A stretch of 64,000 bases of DNA, from positions 13,695 through 77,694 of the forward strand of contig CAZQXN010000006.1 of the NCBI GenBank assembly GCA_964597545.1, in the 5' to 3' direction. The notes beneath the pieces were generated by a model that made no database searches, was not told the origin of the DNA, and saw only the letters and a list, made by a program, of their open reading frames with translations. Position 1 is the first letter of the stretch; every line of letters begins with the position of its first letter. The stretch is from an uncultured Planctomycetia bacterium. Lineage in GTDB: Bacteria > Omnitrophota > Gorgyraeia > 1-14-0-20-64-10. Of this stretch, positions 28,721 to 37,868 are shown one piece after another. Both the position numbers and the translations under genes were made by a program.

Positions 28721-28814
28721 AATCGGTACCAGGTACCAAACCTAACACCGGTACCGGGTACACTTTTCAACAGCGTACCCGGTACCTAGGTTGATCCCCG
28801 ATCAAGTCGGGGAT
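28721..28814. repeat. GGTACC-W-GGTACC palindromic repeat cluster / hairpins downstream of giant gene A
   Basis: GGTACCAGGTACC (28725-37). GGTACCGGGTAC (28750-61) and GTACCCGGTACC (28775-86) form a perfect 12-bp stem. Then the ATCCCCGA-n5-TCGGGGAT hairpin (28794-28814). Confidence 0.7.
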
Positions 28815-28937
28815 GACACCCCCCTAAAAAACGGTGGCGGGCACCGATTCCTGTGATACAATCATTCCTGAATCATCACCCAACAGGCTGGGTATGCGCA
28901 TTCCACACATCTGCACCTCGTACAAAAAGCATTCTGT

Positions 28938-28980
28938 AGCCCTTCGGCTTCCGTAACGAAGTCAAAGGGCTTTTTTTATT
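28938..28980 (+). terminator. Intrinsic-terminator-like hairpin plus T7 run in the leader of the hdrC-kor-hdrA operon (possible attenuator)
   Basis: AGCCCTT-CGG-CTTCG...CGAAG-TCA-AAGGGCT followed by TTTTTTT (28971-28977). Located 1-2 nt before the hdrC start region. Confidence 0.4.
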
Positions 28981-29401
28981 GGCAGACAGGAGGCACGTGG
29001 AGCCCGCAGCAGTAGGCATCCATAGCGAAACGGTAACAAAGGTCTCCCGGATCAGCGGCGAGAATCCCAGAGCCTGTTATCAATGCGGGAAATGCTCTGC
29101 CGGCTGCCCCTCTGCTGACAGTATGGATCATGTTCCGAGCCAGTTCATCAAGCTCATTCAGCTCGGTTTGGAGGATGATCTTAGAGAATCCAATACCCCA
29201 TGGGTGTGCCTGACCTGTTACATCTGCTCTGTGCGCTGCCCCAAGGGTGTTGACATTGCACGCATCATGGAAGCCGGTCGACTCCTTAAAGGCCGAGAGA
29301 ATGTGGATCATGTTGACATCAGGTCCTTGGGGAACACTCTGGAAGAGGATCTTCCACCCATTGCGGTGGTGAGCTGTTTTAGGAAGCATACGGCAAGCTA
29401 A
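28979..29401 (+). CDS. hdrC: Heterodisulfide reductase subunit C-like (two 4Fe-4S motifs)
   Basis: CYQCGKCSAGCP and CLTCYICSVRCP motifs. TTG start per ORF track; an alternative GTG at 28994 follows AGGAGG. Confidence 0.7.
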   Translation: MADRRHVEPAAVGIHSETVTKVSRISGENPRACYQCGKCSAGCPSADSMDHVPSQFIKLIQLGLEDDLRESNTPWVCLTCYICSVRCPKGVDIARIMEAGRLLKGRENVDHVDIRSLGNTLEEDLPPIAVVSCFRKHTAS

Positions 29402-29407
29402 GGGAGT

Positions 29408-30280
29408 GTGATGAAGGTACCTTACTATCCCGGATGCACCTTGAAATCCAATGCCAAGGCCTTTGAGGCCTCTGCGATCGCCTCCATGCGCAGGTTGGGC
29501 ATCGAGATGGAAGAGCTTCCCCGGTGGAACTGCTGCGGAACGGTCTTCTCTTTAGCCTCCGACGATCTCATGCACCATCTTGCCCCTGCCAGGATCCTGC
29601 TTCGCGTCCAGCAGCAGGGGAGCTCCGATGTCGTGACCCTCTGCTCGATGTGTTACAACACCCTCAAGATGACCAATGTTCGGCTGAAGCAGAATCCCGA
29701 AGAGCTTAAAACTCTCAATACCGTCATGTATAAGGAAGAGGGCACCTATGACGGCAAGGTCTCGGTGCATCACCTCTTGAGTTTCCTGAAAGAAAAGGTG
29801 GGCTTCAAGGGGATCAAGGAGCATCTCCAGGCAGACCTGGGGGGACTTAAAGTTGCTCCTTATTATGGGTGTCTTCTTCTGCGCCCCCGGGAGGCCAGCA
29901 TTGACCCCAACATGGAGAATCCGACCATCATGTCGGAATTTATCCAGGCGATCGGGGCAGTACCAGTGACCTTTCCACACCAAACAGAGTGCTGCGGTGC
30001 GTATTTGACTGTAAACGCCAAGGATCTTGTGGCAGAGCGCGCCCGCGGAATCTTAGAATCTGCCAAGCGCGCAGGTGCTGAGCTGGTGCTCACCTCCTGT
30101 CCGCTTTGTCAGTTCAATCTGGAGAAGAGGCAGGCGGAAATCAAGAAGCAGACCCCTGACTTTGTGGGGCTGCCGGTTCTGTATTTCACTCAACTTTTGG
30201 CAGCTGCGATGGGCTTGGATCAGGAAACGTGTGGTTTTGATGTGGACAGCGTAGTGCTGTCTGAGGCTTTGGTCAGGTAG
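29408..30280 (+). CDS. hdrB: Heterodisulfide reductase subunit B-like (two CCG domains)
   Basis: YYPGCTL...WNCCG...CSMCY and YYGCLLLRP...CCGAYL...SCPLCQFNL. Confidence 0.8.
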   Translation: MMKVPYYPGCTLKSNAKAFEASAIASMRRLGIEMEELPRWNCCGTVFSLASDDLMHHLAPARILLRVQQQGSSDVVTLCSMCYNTLKMTNVRLKQNPEELKTLNTVMYKEEGTYDGKVSVHHLLSFLKEKVGFKGIKEHLQADLGGLKVAPYYGCLLLRPREASIDPNMENPTIMSEFIQAIGAVPVTFPHQTECCGAYLTVNAKDLVAERARGILESAKRAGAELVLTSCPLCQFNLEKRQAEIKKQTPDFVGLPVLYFTQLLAAAMGLDQETCGFDVDSVVLSEALVR

Positions 30281-30290
30281 GGCTTTTCTT

Positions 30291-31460
30291 GTGAAGAAGC
30301 GTCAAAATAGCGACAACCAACCTGTCCTAGAGGGGGTTCATTTCTGGCAGGGGGACCTTGCCTGCGCAGAAGGGGCGATCGCTGCCGGCTGCCGTTTCTT
30401 TGCCGGCTACCCGATTACACCGGCCTCAGAGGTTGCCGAGCGGATGGCGCTGAGGCTGCCGCATCTCGGGGGAGTCTATATCCAGATGGAGGATGAGATC
30501 GCCTCCATGGCGGCCATCTTAGGGGGATCATGGAGCGGGGTCAAATCAATGACCGCCACCTCTGGCCCGGGGCTTTCACTCATGCTGGAAAACTTTGGGC
30601 TCGGGATCATGACAGAAACCCCCTGCGTCATTGTAAACGTCCAGCGGGGTTCCCCCTCCACGGGTTTGCCCACCTCTTTTGCGCAATCAGACATGATGCA
30701 GGCCAGGTGGGGTTCTCATGGCGATTACGAGGTGATTGCCTTGGCCCCGGATTCCGCGCAGGAATGTTTTGACCTGACCCTCCAAGCCTTTAATCTCTCC
30801 GAGAAGTATCGGCTGCCCGTCTTTCTGATGACCGACGGTTTGGTGGGTCACATGACTGAGAAGGTGACTGTGCCTGCCGAGGGGAAGCTCAAGGTGCTGC
30901 CCCGGCGAAAAACCAAAAAGCCTGTTGGCCAATACCGCCCCTTTGAGCCTGAGGCAGACCTGGTTCCCTCCATGGCCAATTTTGGTGAAGGACACCGGCT
31001 TCATGCCACAGGGCTCACGCACGACGAAAGGGGTTATCCGGACATGAGCACCGAGGCTCAGCAGGTGCTGGTGAGACGTTTAAGTGAGAAGATCCGGAAG
31101 AATGTCGATGACATCATCATGCTCGAAGAACAGGACATGAAAGAGGCCGAGGTTGTGGTCCTCTCTTACGGGTTAACCTCTCGGGTGGTTCCCCCTGCGG
31201 TGGAGAAGGCCCGGGCCGAGGGGATTCGTGTGGGGCAGATGAGGCTGCTCACTGTCTGGCCCTTCCCTGAGAAGAAGATTGCCGAGGTCTGCAAGCGGGT
31301 CAAGGCATGGGTGGTGCCGGAGATTAATCTCGGGCAGATGGTCAGAGAGGTGGAGCGGGTGGTGGGCCAGCGCTCCAAGGTGATTTCTCTCACCCACGCC
31401 GGCGGCGATGTCCATGATCCTGACGATATCTATAACGCTATCAAGGAAGGGCTGCAGTGA
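30291..31460 (+). CDS. korA: 2-oxoacid (2-oxoglutarate/pyruvate):ferredoxin oxidoreductase alpha subunit
   Basis: GDLACAEGAIAAGCRFFAGYPITPASEV...SMTATSGPGLSLMLENFGLG... is canonical KorA/PorA. Confidence 0.85.
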   Translation: MKKRQNSDNQPVLEGVHFWQGDLACAEGAIAAGCRFFAGYPITPASEVAERMALRLPHLGGVYIQMEDEIASMAAILGGSWSGVKSMTATSGPGLSLMLENFGLGIMTETPCVIVNVQRGSPSTGLPTSFAQSDMMQARWGSHGDYEVIALAPDSAQECFDLTLQAFNLSEKYRLPVFLMTDGLVGHMTEKVTVPAEGKLKVLPRRKTKKPVGQYRPFEPEADLVPSMANFGEGHRLHATGLTHDERGYPDMSTEAQQVLVRRLSEKIRKNVDDIIMLEEQDMKEAEVVVLSYGLTSRVVPPAVEKARAEGIRVGQMRLLTVWPFPEKKIAEVCKRVKAWVVPEINLGQMVREVERVVGQRSKVISLTHAGGDVHDPDDIYNAIKEGLQ

Positions 31461-32290
31461 ATCAGACACAGATGCCTCAGCACCCCTTAGAGCGCTACCT
31501 GCGGATGGACAGGGTACCGCACATCTGGTGTTCCGGCTGCGGCCTGGGAACCATTGCCACCTGCTTTATGAAGGCCCTGGATGAAACAGGGATAGATCCC
31601 GATAAGGTTGTGGTGGTCTCGGGGATTGGATGCACCGGCAGGATTGCAGGGTATGTGAGATTCGATTCCTTCCACACGACACACGGCAGGGCCATCCCCT
31701 TTGCCACTGGGGTTAAGCTCGCCAATCCGGATCTGCACGTGATTGTCTTCTCCGGCGATGGAGACCTATTTGCCATTGGGGGCAATCACCTGATTCATGC
31801 CGCAAGGCGCAACGTCGATATCACCGTATTCTGTGTGAACAACTTTATCTACGGCATGACAGGGGGCCAGGTGGGGCCCACCACGCCCCTTGGAGCGAAA
31901 AGCTCAACCACACCGTACGGCTGTTTTGAGCCGCCCTTTAATCTGCCCTATGTGGCAGAATCCTGCGGTGCGGTTTACGTGGCGAGGTGGACAGCCCTGC
32001 ATTTAAGGCGCATGACCCATTCCATGGGGGAGGCCATCCAGAAGCGCGGTTTCTCCTTTATTGAGGTTGTTTCACCGTGCCCCACCGTTTACTCCAGGTA
32101 CAACCGCTTGGGCGATGGGCTGAAGATGCTCAATTACTATCGCGACAACAGCCGCATCGACAACACAGCCAACACCAAAGACATTCCCCTGGGGGTGGAT
32201 CGCGAGATTGTGGTTGGCAAGTTTGTGGATATGGAGAAACCCACTTTCTTAGATTATCAGCGAGGACAGCTCACCCACCATGAAAGATAG
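31457..32290 (+). CDS. korB: 2-oxoacid:ferredoxin oxidoreductase beta subunit (TPP-binding)
   Basis: WCSGCGLG...SGIGCTGR...VFSGDGDLFAIGGNHLIHAARRNVDITV...GMTGGQ. Confidence 0.85.
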   Translation: MNQTQMPQHPLERYLRMDRVPHIWCSGCGLGTIATCFMKALDETGIDPDKVVVVSGIGCTGRIAGYVRFDSFHTTHGRAIPFATGVKLANPDLHVIVFSGDGDLFAIGGNHLIHAARRNVDITVFCVNNFIYGMTGGQVGPTTPLGAKSSTTPYGCFEPPFNLPYVAESCGAVYVARWTALHLRRMTHSMGEAIQKRGFSFIEVVSPCPTVYSRYNRLGDGLKMLNYYRDNSRIDNTANTKDIPLGVDREIVVGKFVDMEKPTFLDYQRGQLTHHER

Positions 32291-32858
32291 ATACACCGTC
32301 AGGATTGCCGGTTTCGGCGGACAGGGGGTCGTCTTAAGCGGCCTGATTGTCGGCAAGGCCGCCTCCCTCTACGACGGTAAGAGCGCCGCCTTTACCCAGA
32401 GCTACGGCCCTGAAGCCAGGGGTGGGGCCTGCCGGGCGAACGTGGTGATCGAGAAGGGCAAGGTGCGTTACCCTCTGGTCAAGCAGGCCGATGCCCTGAT
32501 CGCACTTTCCAAAGAGGGGTATGAGTGCTACGGCCATGAGGTCGGTCCTGACGCTCTTGTCTTTGTGGACAGCGATCTGGTGAAGGAAGCCCCCATCGAT
32601 AACAAGCGGGTTTTTGGGATTCCGGCCACCCGCCTTGCTGAATCCATGGGGCAAAAGATTGTCGCCAACATCATCATGCTGGGATTCTTCGCCGGAATCA
32701 CTCAGAGCATCTCCAAGGCCGCGATGCTCAAGAGCATCAAAACCTCCGTAAAGGAGGCCTTTGTGGAGATCAACGGTAAGGCTTTTGAGAAAGGCTACAC
32801 CTATCGTGACGCAACCCCAAGCAAACAAGCAGAACGCATACCAGCCCAAAATATTTAA
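32280..32858 (+). CDS. korC: 2-oxoacid:ferredoxin oxidoreductase gamma subunit
   Basis: RIAGFGGQGVVLSGLIVGKAA...QSYGPEARGGACRANVVI. Confidence 0.8.
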   Translation: MKDRYTVRIAGFGGQGVVLSGLIVGKAASLYDGKSAAFTQSYGPEARGGACRANVVIEKGKVRYPLVKQADALIALSKEGYECYGHEVGPDALVFVDSDLVKEAPIDNKRVFGIPATRLAESMGQKIVANIIMLGFFAGITQSISKAAMLKSIKTSVKEAFVEINGKAFEKGYTYRDATPSKQAERIPAQNI

Positions 32859-33090
32859 GGGCACGGTCTATATCCTCAAGGACCGCTGCAAGGGGTGTCA
32901 ATTCTGCATCGACTACTGCCCCAAGAAGATCCTTAAGGTCTCCGAAGATTTCAATGAAAAGGGTTACCACTATCCCATCGTGATCGACGAATCGGCCTGT
33001 GTCAACTGCAAGGTCTGCGAGGACATCTGTCCGGATTTTGCCATATTCTCTATCGCTCGGCAGGGCAGCGATAATGGGAGTCCCCCTTGA
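32806..33090 (+). CDS. korD: 2-oxoacid:ferredoxin oxidoreductase delta subunit (2x[4Fe-4S] ferredoxin)
   Basis: CKGCQFCIDYCP and CVNCKVCEDICP. Start is uncertain: GTG at 32806 chosen; the frame is open from 32761 and overlaps the korC end. Confidence 0.55.
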   Translation: MTQPQANKQNAYQPKIFKGTVYILKDRCKGCQFCIDYCPKKILKVSEDFNEKGYHYPIVIDESACVNCKVCEDICPDFAIFSIARQGSDNGSPP

Positions 33091-35048
33091 GAAGAATAGG
33101 CGTATTTGTCTGTCACTGCGGCGGCAACATCTCCAACGTCGTTGATGTCGAACGGGTTGCCCAGGAGATCGGTAAGCTCCCCGGGGTGGCGCTGTCGACC
33201 ACCAACCGCTACATGTGTTCGGCGCACGGACAGGATCTAATCCGTGCACAGGTCTCCCAGCACGGGTTAGACGGCTTTATCATTGCTGCCTGCTCGCACA
33301 CCCTTCATGAAGCCACCTTCCGCGGGCTGGCCAAGGAGATCGGTCTCAATCCCTACCAGGCAGAGATCTCCAACATCCGAGAGCAGGATTCCTGGGTTCA
33401 CGATGATGCGGAGTTTGCCACACAGAAGGCAGTTCGGATCATTCAGGGTGTCCTAGAGAAACTCAAGCTCAATGAGAGCCTTGACCCGGTCGAGGTTCCG
33501 GTGACCAAAAAGGTCTTGGTGATCGGTGCGGGGATTGCAGGCATGCAGTCGGCCTTGGACATTGCGCATGCAGGCTACGAGGTCACCTTGGTGGAGCGGC
33601 GCGCCACCATCGGCGGACACATGGCTCAGATCTCTAAGACCTTTCCGACGCTGGATTGCTCTCAATGCATCATGACGCCCCGGATGGTGGATGTTGCGCA
33701 CCATGAAAAGATCACACTCTTGACCAACAGTGAGGTTGAGGAGGTTTCCGGGTATGTAGGCAATTTCAAGGTCAAGATTAAGAAGAAGCCCATCTACGTG
33801 GATACCGAGAAGTGCACCCTGTGCAACGAATGCACAGAGGTTTGTCCGGTCGAGGTGGACAGTGAGCATGAGGCGGGCCTCACGAAGCGCAAGGCCATCT
33901 ACATTCCTTTTCCGCAGGCGGTGCCGGCCACCTATACCTTGGATGAGGACAGCTGTCTCGGGCTGCTTCCTTTGGCCTGCGGTGAATGCACCAAGGTGTG
34001 CGAGCCCGAGGCGATCAACTACGATCTGCATTCCGAATTCGTTGAGGATCAATTCGGCGCCATCATCGCGGCAACCGGCTATGAGCTCTACCCCATCTTG
34101 AATCTTAAAGAGTATGGAGCCGGCGAGATTCCCGATGTCATCGACGGCATGCAGTTTGAGCGGCTCCTCTATCAGGACAGCGCCACAAGCTGCGGGATCC
34201 GCAGGCCCTCCGACGGCAAGGTTGCCCGGGACATCGTCTTTGTCCAATGCGCCGGTTCCCGCGACCCCGAGCAGCACAATGCCTTCTGCTCCAAGGTTTG
34301 CTGCATGTACACCTCCAAACAGGCGCTGCTGTTCCAGAGCGCCGCCCCCGAGGGCAAGTCGTACATCTTCTACATCGACATCCGTTCCGGCGGCAAAGGG
34401 TATGAGGAGTTTGTCCAGCGGGTCACCGAGCAAAATGACGTGACCTATTTGCGGGGCAAGGTCTCCAAGATCTTTCGGGAAGAGGACAAGGTGGTGGTTT
34501 GGGGGGCCGATACCCTGACCGGCAAGAAGGTTCAGATCCGCGCGGATCTGGTGGTTCTGGCAACAACGATGATGCCCTCACCGGGGATCAGGGATCTGGC
34601 CGGAAAACTCAGGCTCAATCTCGATCAATATGGATTCACACAGGAGGCCCACCCGAAGCTAAGGCCTGTTGAGAGCCTCTCCGCTGGGATCTTTATGGCC
34701 GGATGCGCCCAAAGTCCCCGGGACATCCCGGATACGGTTTCCCACGCCTCGGGTGCGGCAAGCAAGGTGATGACGATGATCTCCCGCGATGTCTTAGAGC
34801 GGGAGCCGACCATCGCCACGGTGGATGAGACCCTCTGCAGTGGATGTAAGATCTGCATCTCAGTTTGCCCCTACGGGGCCAGGGTATTCCAGGAAGCAAA
34901 GAATGTTGTGGAGGTCAATGCCGCAACCTGTGAGGCGTGCGGCTCCTGCGTGGTGGCGTGCCCCAGCAGCGCCTCGCAGCAGATCAACTGCAACGATGAT
35001 CAGATAAAGGCGATGGTGCAGACAGCACTCTCGGAGCAAAAGTCATGA
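33087..35048 (+). CDS. hdrA: Heterodisulfide reductase subunit A-like flavoprotein
   Basis: IGVFVCHCGGNIS...VLVIGAGIAGMQSALD...FPTLDCSQCIMTP... plus multiple ferredoxin motifs. HdrA. Confidence 0.85.
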   Translation: MRRIGVFVCHCGGNISNVVDVERVAQEIGKLPGVALSTTNRYMCSAHGQDLIRAQVSQHGLDGFIIAACSHTLHEATFRGLAKEIGLNPYQAEISNIREQDSWVHDDAEFATQKAVRIIQGVLEKLKLNESLDPVEVPVTKKVLVIGAGIAGMQSALDIAHAGYEVTLVERRATIGGHMAQISKTFPTLDCSQCIMTPRMVDVAHHEKITLLTNSEVEEVSGYVGNFKVKIKKKPIYVDTEKCTLCNECTEVCPVEVDSEHEAGLTKRKAIYIPFPQAVPATYTLDEDSCLGLLPLACGECTKVCEPEAINYDLHSEFVEDQFGAIIAATGYELYPILNLKEYGAGEIPDVIDGMQFERLLYQDSATSCGIRRPSDGKVARDIVFVQCAGSRDPEQHNAFCSKVCCMYTSKQALLFQSAAPEGKSYIFYIDIRSGGKGYEEFVQRVTEQNDVTYLRGKVSKIFREEDKVVVWGADTLTGKKVQIRADLVVLATTMMPSPGIRDLAGKLRLNLDQYGFTQEAHPKLRPVESLSAGIFMAGCAQSPRDIPDTVSHASGAASKVMTMISRDVLEREPTIATVDETLCSGCKICISVCPYGARVFQEAKNVVEVNAATCEACGSCVVACPSSASQQINCNDDQIKAMVQTALSEQKS

Positions 35049-35470
35049 CTGCGCCCCAGGCGTTTGAGCCTAAGATCGTCGGTTTCTTGTGCAAATGGTG
35101 CACCTCGGCAGCGGCCGATTTGGCCGGGGTGAGCCGATTAAAGTATCAGCCCAATGCTGTTAACATCCGGGTGATGTGTTCCTCCCGGGTGGATCCGGTG
35201 CATATCATGGAGGCCTTCCGGAATGGGGCCGATGGGGTATTCATTGGGGGCTGCCACCCCGGGGACTGCCATTATGTGACCGGCAACACTCAGACCCAGA
35301 GGCGGATCGCCATCCTCCATAAGATACTTGAGCCCATGGGGATTGAGCCCGAGCGCTTGAGGCTTGAGTGGATTTCTGCTTCGGAGGGGACAAAATTTCA
35401 GAATGCCATGAATGAATTCATCGATACCGTAAGGGCCATGGGCCCGTATAAAGCGTATGCCCAAGTCTAA
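35045..35470 (+). CDS. mvhD: Methyl-viologen-reducing hydrogenase delta subunit MvhD
   Basis: KIVGFLCKWCTSAAADLAGVSR...IRVMCSSRVDP...GADGVFIGGCHPGDCHY. Confidence 0.85.
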   Translation: MTAPQAFEPKIVGFLCKWCTSAAADLAGVSRLKYQPNAVNIRVMCSSRVDPVHIMEAFRNGADGVFIGGCHPGDCHYVTGNTQTQRRIAILHKILEPMGIEPERLRLEWISASEGTKFQNAMNEFIDTVRAMGPYKAYAQV

Positions 35471-36176
35471 GTCTCAAGAGGCGGCTGTGCCTGCCGCGGG
35501 CGTCAGAGATGTGACGGTCTACATCATGGGCAAGCCGTACAGCGTGCCCTCGGACAAGACCATCATGGGCGCGATTCATCATGTGGGCTACCAGCTGATC
35601 CGCGGCGCAGGCTGCCGGGAAGGTTTCTGCGGGGCATGCTCCACCATCTATCGCATGCCCGGCGATTACAAGTTCCACACGGCCCAGGCCTGCACCAAAC
35701 TGGTCGAGGACAAAATGTACCTCGCCCAGATCCCCTTTGTCCCCGCGGATAGGCCCATCTACGATCTGGATGCGCTCAAGCCCGAGGCAGCTACCTTTGA
35801 GAAGATCTTTCCTGAAACCTTCCGGTGCTTGGCGTGCAACACCTGCACCAAGGCCTGCCCGCAGGACATTCAGGTCATGGATTATATTCAGGCGGTGATC
35901 CGCAATGACGTGGCCGCTTGCGCGGATCTCTCCTTTGACTGCATTGCCTGCGGGATGTGCGCGATTCGGTGCCCGGCAGAGATTACCCAGCACCAGGTGG
36001 GTCTTTTGGCCAGGCGGCTCACAGGGAAGTACTTGAGCCCCAAGGGAAAGCATCTCCCCGCTCGCATTGCCGAGGTTGAGCAGGGCCGCTATAAGAGCGA
36101 GATCAAGGAGATGATGGGTACGGAAAAGAGCCGCCTCAAGGAGCAGTACCACAGCCGGGACATCGAGCCCGAATGA
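35457..36176 (+). CDS. Fumarate reductase/succinate dehydrogenase iron-sulfur subunit-like (soluble; 2Fe-2S plus two 4Fe-4S-type motifs)
   Basis: CREGFCGACS...C (plant-type 2Fe-2S). CLACNTCTKACP and CIACGMCAIRCP. No membrane-anchor genes nearby. Confidence 0.7.
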   Translation: MPKSKSQEAAVPAAGVRDVTVYIMGKPYSVPSDKTIMGAIHHVGYQLIRGAGCREGFCGACSTIYRMPGDYKFHTAQACTKLVEDKMYLAQIPFVPADRPIYDLDALKPEAATFEKIFPETFRCLACNTCTKACPQDIQVMDYIQAVIRNDVAACADLSFDCIACGMCAIRCPAEITQHQVGLLARRLTGKYLSPKGKHLPARIAEVEQGRYKSEIKEMMGTEKSRLKEQYHSRDIEPE

Positions 36177-36200
36177 GATTTAAAGAGGAATCCTTCGCCC

Positions 36201-37868
36201 ATGTATCCTGAGTTCATGCAGCAGTCCCTCAAAAAGGTTGAAAAGAGTCGGCCCGAGAGGCTCAAGCTCGCCAAATCCGGCAAGCCGATATTCCCGATCA
36301 TGTCTGCCAAAGAGCGGGAGGCTGTCTTAAGCTCCTCTCACCCTGACTATAAGAAGGAAAGCCGAAGGGTTGTTCGGGTGGGGCCCAATGCAGGGGAGAT
36401 GCTGACCACACCGGTTGCAGACATCCTGGAGGCGCGCCCCAGGATAGATGTGAACGATATTGACTTAAAGAAGGCCGATGCAACAACGGATCTTTTAATC
36501 ATCGGCGGTGGCGGGGCAGGGTGTGCGGCGGCGATTACGGCCCGGCAAGAGGGGGTCAAATCCACGATTGTGACCAAGCTTCGGCTCGGCGATGCCAACT
36601 CGATGATGTCTCAGGGGGGCATTCAGGCAGCCGTCAATCCCAACGATTCCCCCACCCGGCATTATCTCGATGCCATCGGGGGAGGCCACTTTGACAACAA
36701 GCCGGAGTTGGTTGAGGCCCTGGTCAACGATGCCCCCGGAGTGATCCAGTGGCTTGAGGATTTGGGGGTTATGTTTGACAAGGATGAGGCAGGCGAGCTC
36801 AAGACCTTTCCCTTTGGAGGATATTCCCGAAAGCGGATGCTCTCCTGCCGCGACTATACCGGCATGGCGATCATGCGCTGCCTCATGGATGAAATCAAGA
36901 ATTACCCCGATGAGATTGCCATCCAGGAATTCTCCTCTGCTGTGGAGCTCCTATTGGATGAAAAGGGGCGCTGCGCCGGGGCGGTGCTCTACAACATGGA
37001 GACTGAGGAGTACACGACCATCCAGGCTCGAGCCACCCTCATTGCCACCGGCGGTTTCGGCAGGCTCCACATCTCCGGCTTTGACACCACCAATCATTAC
37101 GGGGCCACGTGCGACGGTGTGGTGATCGCCTATCGGGCCGGGGCGAAGCTGTTGTACATGGATTCGGTTCAGTATCACCCCACCGGGGCCGTCTACCCCG
37201 AGCAGATCGCAGGCTTCCTGGTCACCGAGAAGGTCAGGGGCGGCGGCGGGCAGCTCTTAAACCGCGAGGGAGAGATCTTTGTCTATCCCAAGGAGCCGCG
37301 GGATGTTGAAACCGCCGCGATCATCCGGGAGTGCCAAGCAAAGAAGAGGGGCATTCAGGATAACTACGGCCGACATGGAGTATGGCTGGACTCCCCGATC
37401 ATCGATGAGATCCACGGCGCCGGTTTCATTGCCGCAAATTATCCGGCCATGGTCAGGCAGTTTGGGAAGTTCAACATCGATATCGTCCGAGAGCCGATGC
37501 TGGTTTATCCGACCCTGCATTATCAAAACGGCGGCATTGAGATCAACGTCAAGTGCGAGACCAATATCCCAGGTCTTTTTGTCGCCGGCGAAGCCTCCGG
37601 CGGCCTCCATGGCAGGAACCGCCTGATGGGTAATTCCGTGTTGGATTACAACGTCTTCGGCAAGAGGGCAGGGGTCCAGGCCGCCGAGTGCGCCAAGAAG
37701 GCTAAGGTGGGCAAGCTCTCCCTGGAGCACGTCAAGAAATTTGAAGCCCAAATGAAGAAGGCGCGCATTGTGACCGACAGGATCTCCCCGGTGTTGCTTC
37801 CCAACTACACCCCTGAGGTTATCAAGGAGCGGCAGCTCACTTCGCATTACGTGGGAACACTCAGATGA
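36201..37868 (+). CDS. Fumarate reductase/succinate dehydrogenase flavoprotein subunit-like (FAD-binding)
   Basis: DLLIIGGGGAGCAAAI (FAD GxGxxG) ...QGGIQAA...H...R motifs of SdhA/FrdA/TfrA-type flavoproteins. Confidence 0.75.
   Translation: MYPEFMQQSLKKVEKSRPERLKLAKSGKPIFPIMSAKEREAVLSSSHPDYKKESRRVVRVGPNAGEMLTTPVADILEARPRIDVNDIDLKKADATTDLLIIGGGGAGCAAAITARQEGVKSTIVTKLRLGDANSMMSQGGIQAAVNPNDSPTRHYLDAIGGGHFDNKPELVEALVNDAPGVIQWLEDLGVMFDKDEAGELKTFPFGGYSRKRMLSCRDYTGMAIMRCLMDEIKNYPDEIAIQEFSSAVELLLDEKGRCAGAVLYNMETEEYTTIQARATLIATGGFGRLHISGFDTTNHYGATCDGVVIAYRAGAKLLYMDSVQYHPTGAVYPEQIAGFLVTEKVRGGGGQLLNREGEIFVYPKEPRDVETAAIIRECQAKKRGIQDNYGRHGVWLDSPIIDEIHGAGFIAANYPAMVRQFGKFNIDIVREPMLVYPTLHYQNGGIEINVKCETNIPGLFVAGEASGGLHGRNRLMGNSVLDYNVFGKRAGVQAAECAKKAKVGKLSLEHVKKFEAQMKKARIVTDRISPVLLPNYTPEVIKERQLTSHYVGTLR

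Noticed and set aside
33453-34433. 326-aa minus-strand ORF inside hdrA (similar antisense ORFs at 35418-36152, 47996-49465, 21814-22472, 22609-23529)
   Set aside because: High-GC antisense open frames without recognisable motifs, each fully contained in a strongly supported plus-strand gene (HdrA, FrdB-like, CDF, giant A).
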